From contig CAWDEM010000008.1 in assembly GCA_963801355.1 (NCBI GenBank), positions 1,152,001-1,216,000 of the forward strand: 64,000 nt of DNA, given 5' to 3'. The stretch is from Ignavibacteriota bacterium. Lineage in GTDB: Bacteria; Bacteroidota; Ignavibacteria; UBA10030; UBA6906. The position numbers were made by a program, and so were the translations under genes. Below are positions 58,227-64,000 of the stretch, piece after piece; the stretch's first letter is position 1; every line of letters begins with the position of its first letter. Under the pieces are notes generated by a model that worked only from the letters and a program-made list of their open reading frames with translations, ran no database searches and was not told the DNA's origin.

Positions 58227-58886
58227 TCACTTTCGATGTGGGCCGGAAGGTTCTGTGAGTTTCCCGAGCAGCGGGAGACACTCCCGCATGGACTGCTCAT
58301 CGATGACGGACATGCCTATTGTTTCAAGGGCTCGCCGTGCCGATTCGAGAGGGATAACATTCGTCTCGTCAGCTGAAGCACTCTGATCGCACATCAATAG
58401 AAAATCACAGGAGCTTTCGAAGATCCTGAGAATGCCACGGTGCATAGCGCGTGGAGAGCGGGCATGTCGTTGTTCACATTCATCAAGTTCCCTGGCGAGA
58501 ACTGACGCCCCGAAGTCCACGGTACGCCATTGATCATCCGTCCTGGTCACCGTGAGCAGTGCCCGGCACTCGCCCCGCACGCGCACAGGAACTCTCCATT
58601 CGTTGAGAGGCTTCCATGCATAGTTGCACCCGGATGCATCGTCACGAGATTCCAGGGTGAACATCTGATACGGCTCCCCCACACCGGCCTCCAGAAATTC
58701 ATTGCGGGAACGAAATCCATACGCGGCTTCCTGCCCGGCAGGGATGCGATTGAGGAACTCCAGAAGTCGGGCCCCTGCTGCACTGCGGACCTGCACAACA
58801 GCGGCTGCTTCCACTTGTCCAGGCGCGATTGGCGGTACAAGAACCTGGAATGCTCCCAAAATGAAGAGAACCAGAATCGGGCGCAT
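58227..58886 (-). CDS. Hypothetical exported protein co-transcribed with the peptidase
   Basis: Signal peptide; 13-bp gap to the peptidase start; GGAG RBS. Confidence 0.7.
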   Translation of the reverse strand: MRPILVLFILGAFQVLVPPIAPGQVEAAAVVQVRSAAGARLLEFLNRIPAGQEAAYGFRSRNEFLEAGVGEPYQMFTLESRDDASGCNYAWKPLNEWRVPVRVRGECRALLTVTRTDDQWRTVDFGASVLARELDECEQRHARSPRAMHRGILRIFESSCDFLLMCDQSASADETNVIPLESARRALETIGMSVIDEQSMRECLPLLGKLTEPSGPHRK

Positions 58887-59033
58887 GATATCTCCTTTCA
58901 AATCTCATGGGTCTGAGCTCCACGGGCAATGTATCGGTTCCTTACCTAGATTTGTCACAATAGTGTCACGGAACCGTAGAGAATTTCAGTTCGTGAGATC
59001 CAATCCTCTGGACTTGTCGTGTTGAGGCGCGCA

Positions 59034-59384
59034 TTACTGCGTTGGTTTCCGGCTCTCCCTCAGCCCCTTCACACCCGCCGTCACCAGTACCACACCCGCC
59101 GCCAAGAAAAGGGCCGCGATATACTGCCCTCCCATCGGCATGCCGATGGATTCGAGTAGCCGGAGCTCGCAAAGCACTATTCCGCCGGAGGCCAGAAAAC
59201 CCGCTCCCAGGATTATGTCGATTATCGCTACGGATCTCTGCATTCCCTGCTTCACTTTCACTGGCGGCATCTCCCTTCCGACCAGTTCGTACTCCCACTC
59301 CTTTTCTAGTCGATGCCTTCGCTCTTGCCGGGTGAGCGCCAGCGATACCACCACTGCTGCGATGAACGCCAGAATGGCCATCAT
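59034..59384 (-). CDS. Small membrane protein (paralogue of 60060-60413)
   Basis: Three hydrophobic helices; shared ESIGMPMGGQYIAA motif. Confidence 0.75.
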   Translation of the reverse strand: MMAILAFIAAVVVSLALTRQERRHRLEKEWEYELVGREMPPVKVKQGMQRSVAIIDIILGAGFLASGGIVLCELRLLESIGMPMGGQYIAALFLAAGVVLVTAGVKGLRESRKPTQ

Positions 59385-59581
59385 GGCTTCACCTCCTGTC
59401 CCGAGCGCCGAGATTCCCTGTACTTCTTAAGATCCCGGACGAACATTTGCGTGCGTTCAGGAGGGTCCACGCCCCGCCTGATGTATGAGAGTGCCTCTTT
59501 GTGGAGGCGCCTCCGGCGCTGATACGTGAGCACGCCATAAGCAATGATCACGACGGTTAATATGAGTCCTGGATAGTCCAT
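59381..59581 (-). CDS. Small membrane protein, internally shortened paralogue of 60410-60775
   Basis: MDY.GL...YGVL.Y...RRG..PPERT joined directly to F.RDLKKYR. Confidence 0.7.
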   Translation of the reverse strand: MDYPGLILTVVIIAYGVLTYQRRRRLHKEALSYIRRGVDPPERTQMFVRDLKKYRESRRSGQEVKP

Positions 59582-59623
59582 TCTTCACATCTCCGAAATG
59601 GTAATACACCCCTCCTATACATA

Positions 59624-59683
59624 TAGACCTTCCGAAAAACTATTTTCTTTCATTTGAAAGAAATGAATTTTTCGAAGAGTCTT
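59624..59683. promoter_or_regulatory. Back-to-back ECF-type promoters (TGAAAG-N17-xGTCTx)
   Basis: Minus strand: TGAAAG (59652-59647)-17-GGTCTA. Plus strand: TGAAAG (59655-59660)-17-AGTCTT. Confidence 0.65.
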
Positions 59684-59730
59684 ATATATTGGGGGGGATA
59701 GGCATCAGGAAAACATTTCCAAGCGCCCAA

Positions 59731-59965
59731 GTGCAAAGCAAGCACGCTAGATTTGACGAGATTCGCAGGGAATTCAAGGGGCCGGTCTTCGACCAGGCCC
59801 TGCGAATCCTCGGCAATGAGGCGGAAGCCAAGGATGTGACGCACGAAGTCCTTATCAGAGTCTACCACCATCTTGAGAAGGTGCGTGATGAAGCCCATAT
59901 TGCCGGCTGGATCTCCAGGATCACGGTCAATGCCTGCGGCTCTCATCGAAGCCGAGACGGCGGAA
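59731..59965 (+). pseudogene. Truncated ECF sigma factor (region 2 only)
   Basis: FKGPVFDQALRILGNEAEAKDVTHEVLIRVY...IAGWISRITVNAC aligns with the sigma at 61034; region 4 is absent. Confidence 0.8.
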
Positions 59966-60059
59966 GTCCCTTCAGTACCGAGTATTGTCTACCCCACGCT
60001 CGCGTTCACTTTCCGCCGTCCTGTCATCACATCATTACTGATCCGTCGATCACGGAGAA

Positions 60060-60413
60060 TCAGGCTTCGTTCTTCCGATTCAGCCCATTCTTCCGTAGCC
60101 CCTTCACTCCCACAGTAATCAGCGTGATCCCCAGCGCGAGAAATGCCGCCGCGATGTACTGCCCTCCCATTGGCATGCCGATGGATTCGACCACCCAGAG
60201 CGCATAAGCCGCTATTCCACCGAAGACAAACAAGCCGGTCCCCATCACCAGATTGAGAATTGCCTCGGATTTTGGAACCCTCCGCTTCGCATGCGGCATT
60301 TCCCAACCGAGGTGTTCATACTCCAGGCTCAGATGAAACCGGTGCCGCCGCTCCTGACGATCCAGCACAACCGATACCAGCACCGCCACGACGAGCACTC
60401 CTAAAGTCATCAT
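60060..60413 (-). CDS. Small membrane protein
   Basis: Three TM helices; ATGA overlap with the upstream gene. Confidence 0.75.
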   Translation of the reverse strand: MMTLGVLVVAVLVSVVLDRQERRHRFHLSLEYEHLGWEMPHAKRRVPKSEAILNLVMGTGLFVFGGIAAYALWVVESIGMPMGGQYIAAAFLALGITLITVGVKGLRKNGLNRKNEA

Positions 60414-60775
60414 GACTTCACCCCCCGGGCTGGTCTTTTGAATCCCCGGTACTTCTTGAGATCACGCATGAATATCAACGTAAGCAACACAAAGAGCCCT
60501 GCCAAGACCAGTGCGATTGAGAGCATGGCTGTGTCGAGCCGGCCGGCCTTGTGAAAACCCGAAATCACTAGTACTACCACCGTCGCCAAAGCTGCAAGTC
60601 CGATCACCCCCGTTGTTTCCAGTTTCCAGACTTCCATTCTGGGGGTCCGCTCCGGAGGCTTCTTACCTCGACGCAGGTATGTCATCGTCTCCCAATATAC
60701 CCGTTCCCGGTGTCGGTACGCCAATACGCCGTAGACGACGATCGCGACCGCTATCACCAATCCTGTGTAGTCCAT
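60410..60775 (-). CDS. Small membrane protein
   Basis: Three TM helices; GGAG RBS. Confidence 0.75.
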   Translation of the reverse strand: MDYTGLVIAVAIVVYGVLAYRHRERVYWETMTYLRRGKKPPERTPRMEVWKLETTGVIGLAALATVVVLVISGFHKAGRLDTAMLSIALVLAGLFVLLTLIFMRDLKKYRGFKRPARGVKS

Positions 60776-60814
60776 GGTTTTGACTCCCTGGCCGTTACAT
60801 ACCCCTCTATATGA

Positions 60815-60987
60815 TAGACGCTGCCTAAGCCCAAAATATTACAGGGTTCAGAATATCTATTTTTTCTCGAATCGAAGTAGTCCAAAAACGGCGAATCCGA
60901 CGAGAAAACGAAAGAACTTCGAGTTGGTCAGACGCATGAAAATATTTTTTTCCTCATGTGTAATATTATCACCTTAACTTGCGACTA
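60815..60987. promoter_or_regulatory. Divergent ECF-type promoters (TGTAATATT-N13-GCGWCTATCA)
   Basis: Minus strand: TGTAAT (60843-60838)-17-CGTCTA. Plus strand: TGTAAT (60959-60964)-17-CGACTA. Confidence 0.7.
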
Positions 60988-61033
60988 TCAGTATAGGAGG
61001 GGGTGCGTCGGTTTCACAATCGAAGCAGACCAG

Positions 61034-61564
61034 GTGCCCGGAAAAGACGCAATATTAAACGAGATCATCAAGAAGTACGAGGGACCGGTTTTCAAGCACG
61101 CCGTCCGGCTTCTTGGCAATGTGAGCCTAGCTCAGGAAGTGACGCAGGACGTTTTTCTCGGAGTGTATAATGGGCTTCACGGTCTCAGGGAGGAAGACCG
61201 CCTGGCTGCATGGATCCACAGGATCACCGACAACAAATGCTACTCCTTGCGCAGAAAGGCTTCCCCAAATTTCGTTTCATTTGATGAAACGGAACGCGGC
61301 GAAGAAATCGTCGACGAATCCTCCAACCCGGAAGAGATGCACATCCAACGCGACACGCGAAGGGAGCTGGCTGGTTTCATTTCACAACTTCCTCAGAAAG
61401 AGGCAGTTGCAACAACACTTTATTTCTATGAAGGAAAATCCCTACAGGAAATCGCAGACATCATGGAGCTTCTGCCCGGCACAGTTGCGGTGGTGCTGCA
61501 CCGGGGGAGAACTCATCTTCACAAGCTGATCCTGGGCCACGCAGACAAGGAGGAGAGAAAATGA
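61034..61564 (+). CDS. ECF sigma factor
   Basis: AQEVTQDVF, AWIHRIT.N (region 2); LP.KE...EGKSLQEIADIM...GTV...LHRGR (region 4). Start placed at the GTG conserved in the paralogue, because the ORF-track start overlaps the promoter. Confidence 0.9.
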   Translation: MPGKDAILNEIIKKYEGPVFKHAVRLLGNVSLAQEVTQDVFLGVYNGLHGLREEDRLAAWIHRITDNKCYSLRRKASPNFVSFDETERGEEIVDESSNPEEMHIQRDTRRELAGFISQLPQKEAVATTLYFYEGKSLQEIADIMELLPGTVAVVLHRGRTHLHKLILGHADKEERK

Positions 61565-61977
61565 CCTGCCGGAAGTTCCGCAAGGAGTTGCACCACCTGC
61601 TTGACATCAGAGAGGCTGAACATTTGACCAACGACATGACCGAGCACCTTAAGTCGTGCGAAAGTTGCCGGACGTTTGCTCAGGCAATGAAGAAGCTCGA
61701 TTTCGATCTGCGGCATCTTCCTGATATTGAGGTCCCGGCGGACCTGGAAGCCACACTGCAGGCCATCCCACGAGTCTGCGAGAAAGAGAACCTGCTCCAC
61801 CCGGTGCGTGATGACCTGCGGCGCATGGCCACCTATCTCGTCCCTGGAGCCGCCCTGGCAATTGTCGCTTTCACTTTGCTGCCGGAAGCCCATGTCATTT
61901 TCTCTTCAGCCATCGCAGCATTGGCATTCGTCGCCATTGTATTGCAGTACAAACGTTGGTCATCCAGAACCTCCTGA
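61561..61977 (+). CDS. Zinc-binding (ZAS, zf-HC2) transmembrane anti-sigma factor
   Basis: MTC...EHLKSCESC (HxxxCxxC); two C-terminal TM helices; ATGA overlap with the sigma gene. Confidence 0.88.
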   Translation: MTCRKFRKELHHLLDIREAEHLTNDMTEHLKSCESCRTFAQAMKKLDFDLRHLPDIEVPADLEATLQAIPRVCEKENLLHPVRDDLRRMATYLVPGAALAIVAFTLLPEAHVIFSSAIAALAFVAIVLQYKRWSSRTS

Positions 61978-61998
61978 ACCTACATCCCGCAGACCACC

Positions 61999-62199
61999 AT
62001 GCCCGCACCCACAGTTGATTTGTGCACTCTGACCGACTTCGCGCTAGGCCACCTTTCCACCGAAGAATCCCTCAGGATTATCGACGAGCTGGAACGGAAC
62101 CCGAAAGCATCCAGAGACCTTGAGTTCATTCTCAAGCTGATTGCCCATCTCGAAAACGAGGAGAAGGAATCCGCCTCGGCCCGCGAACCGGAGGAGTAA
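61999..62199 (+). CDS. Small protein resembling an anti-sigma N-terminal domain without zinc ligands
   Basis: 'LTDFALGHLSTEESLRIIDELERNPKASRDLE' follows the zf-HC2 spacing but has ELERNPKA in place of HxxxCxxC. Confidence 0.5.
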   Translation: MPAPTVDLCTLTDFALGHLSTEESLRIIDELERNPKASRDLEFILKLIAHLENEEKESASAREPEE

Positions 62200-62214
62200 G
62201 ACCCGCCCCGGATC

Positions 62215-63147
62215 ATGCCAACAGCACTCAAACTCATCGGCACACATCCGGCCATTCGAGCGATCCGTCGAACCTTGCCCGCGCTGGCCAACTCCGACAC
62301 CCACCTCCTGATCATTGGCGAGCCCGGAGTCGGCAGGACTCTCGTCGGCCGTATCCTGCACTCTCTCGGTCCGCAGCGGAACCAACAACTCCGTTCTCTG
62401 AACCTCGCTCTCCTTACCGAACGCGAGCAGCGGATCGCACTCTTTGGTCTGGAGCCTCCGGAGGCAAGCATCGGACTTCAGGGCATCATCGAACTCCCAA
62501 CGACCTGTCTTCTGAGGAACATCGAACATGCACTTGCCGCATATCCAAGGCGACTCGCTGAGAGTGCTGGCGCAGAGGGAGTTCCGGCGCACTCCGCATG
62601 GTCCTCTTCGGACCTGAGGGCCGGATAATCTTTACCGTTTCTGTATCCGACTTCCGGCGGCCTCACGACTCCCGGCTTGGCATTTCCCGTTCCGCCACTT
62701 CCTCCGTCGGCTCCCGAAGTTCACCATACCCCCTCTCCGGGAGACGAACGCGAGGATATCCCGCTCCTGGCCGCCTACTATCGCAAGCACACGCTGCGCA
62801 TGTCTCACCCCGCACTTCCGAAGGATGACACGTTGCTTGCGACGGACTTCATCAGTGCATACTCGTGGCCCGGAAACGTCACCGAGTTGAAGGCCTGCCT
62901 CCGCGCCGCGATCCCGCATTCGCACACGGATATCCTCTTCCAGAAAGAACGCATGCAGTTTGAAACAATGATGATGATGCTCGATGAGGATGGGGATTTC
63001 TCCCTCCGCCACTCCATCGCACTGATTGAGAGGCATATTTTGCGACGGGTTCTCTCAAAGTGCGATAACAATCAGCGCAGTGCTGCCCGCGTACTGGGGC
63101 TTTCCGATACGGCCCTGCGCTACCGGATTCCGGCGGTTTCCCCATGA
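62215..63147 (+). pseudogene. Degenerate sigma54-activator-like AAA+/Fis-HTH gene with multiple frameshifts
   Basis: LIG.HPAI, GEPGVGRT, then across shifting frames LPHIQGDSLRVLAQREFRR, RIIFT, FTIPPLRE, REDIPLL, YSWPGNVTELK, NQRSAARVLG. No GAFTGA and no input domain. Confidence 0.75.
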
Positions 63148-63185
63148 ACGAAATCGGGACAGCGTCTAATGTCCTGTTTTCCGTG

Positions 63186-64000
63186 TCATCTCAGCAACAA
63201 AAACGTGCGCGTCTGAACGTAATCTCGTGCTCCGTTCCCGGTGTCACGCCCAGCGGCGGAGTCCAGAGGGCGGGCCTGCATTCTGTAGAAGTAAACGCCG
63301 CTCGACAATTGTGATGCATCGAACCTCACTTCGTGAGATCCGGCATTTCTCCTCTCGTTCACCAACACCGACACTTCGCGACCCAGTACGTCGTACACAC
63401 TCAGTCTTACTTCCGACAACGTTGGTAGCTCGTATCTGATGGTCGTGCCGGGGTTGAAGGGGTTGGGGTAATTCTGCGCGAGGCAAAACTTCCGGGGAGA
63501 TTCAGCCGGCCGCATGCCGACGGAGGTCACCATCTCCGATAGCGGCCGCATCCATACTCCGTGGCCATATGTTCCCGCTAAGAGATTCTTCCCTGAGGGG
63601 CTTGACCCGCCCGGACTCACCGCAAGGGATTTGATGCTCACGCCAGTCAGCCCCGAACTGACGTTGGTCCAGTTGCTCCCGTTGTTCGTGGAGAGAAACA
63701 CGCCGCTGCCGGTGCCGGCGACGACACTCGTGTCTCCTGGCCCTTTCGGGCTCGCAAGAATGCAATTGACATTCGGATTGGTCAAGCCTTCGTTGATTTG
63801 AAACCAATGCGATCCGTTGTCGGTGGAACGGAAGACGCCCGAACCGGCAGTGGCCACGAATATGTTAGAACCACCGGCACCATTCGATCCAATGGCCAGA
63901 CCACGTACTCGCGTGTTGTACAGACCTTCGTTGACCTCGGTCCAGAGTGCACCGTTGTTCGTGGAGCGGAAGACCCCTCCACCATAGGTGCCCGTAAAGA
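63186..64000 (-). CDS. BNR/Asp-box beta-propeller protein with T9SS CTD (5' truncated by window edge)
   Basis: GVFRST.NG..W repeats continue to the window end; CTD. Confidence 0.88.
   Translation of the reverse strand, partial: FTGTYGGGVFRSTNNGALWTEVNEGLYNTRVRGLAIGSNGAGGSNIFVATAGSGVFRSTDNGSHWFQINEGLTNPNVNCILASPKGPGDTSVVAGTGSGVFLSTNNGSNWTNVSSGLTGVSIKSLAVSPGGSSPSGKNLLAGTYGHGVWMRPLSEMVTSVGMRPAESPRKFCLAQNYPNPFNPGTTIRYELPTLSEVRLSVYDVLGREVSVLVNERRNAGSHEVRFDASQLSSGVYFYRMQARPLDSAAGRDTGNGARDYVQTRTFLLLR

Noticed and set aside
59965-60207. C-terminal part of the 172-aa ORF 59689-60207
   Set aside because: Read-through of the truncated sigma into the antisense strand of a membrane gene; no region 4 similarity.
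1-64000. rRNA, tRNA, intact IS elements or prophage genes
   Set aside because: No recognisable signatures found; intergenic regions are short and only transposase fragments were seen.

Overview
A GC-rich bacterial window with almost no housekeeping genes (rsgA is the exception). Eleven proteins carry a type IX secretion (T9SS) C-terminal sorting domain (CTD), ten of the QNYPNPFNP form and one a variant. Together with PorV, canonical TTGACA-like promoters and Shine-Dalgarno sites, this suggests Ignavibacteria or a related FCB-group lineage (inference). The main structure is a roughly 26-kb co-oriented array (11.0-37.5 kb) of six Hanks-type Ser/Thr kinases with intact catalytic motifs. Four are receptor-like (kinase-TM-TolB-like-TPR) and surround a TonB-dependent receptor / T9SS cargo / PorV cassette. 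Two are soluble paralogues flanking a GAF-sigma54 enhancer-binding protein (bEBP). Directly downstream, a candidate sigma54 promoter with a palindromic upstream site precedes a secreted Kelch / beta-propeller / lipoprotein operon. Further right are an HlyD-VTC-DUF4956-CotH locus interleaved with recently duplicated YCF48-type propeller genes, a C39-like protease pair, and a duplicated divergent ECF sigma / membrane-protein module whose two copies have different promoter motifs. Several dispersed non-coding elements, decayed toxin-antitoxin and transposase remnants, and single-base frameshifts are also visible. No rRNA, tRNA or CRISPR array was seen. All calls are by eye from the sequence and ORF track; no database searches were run.
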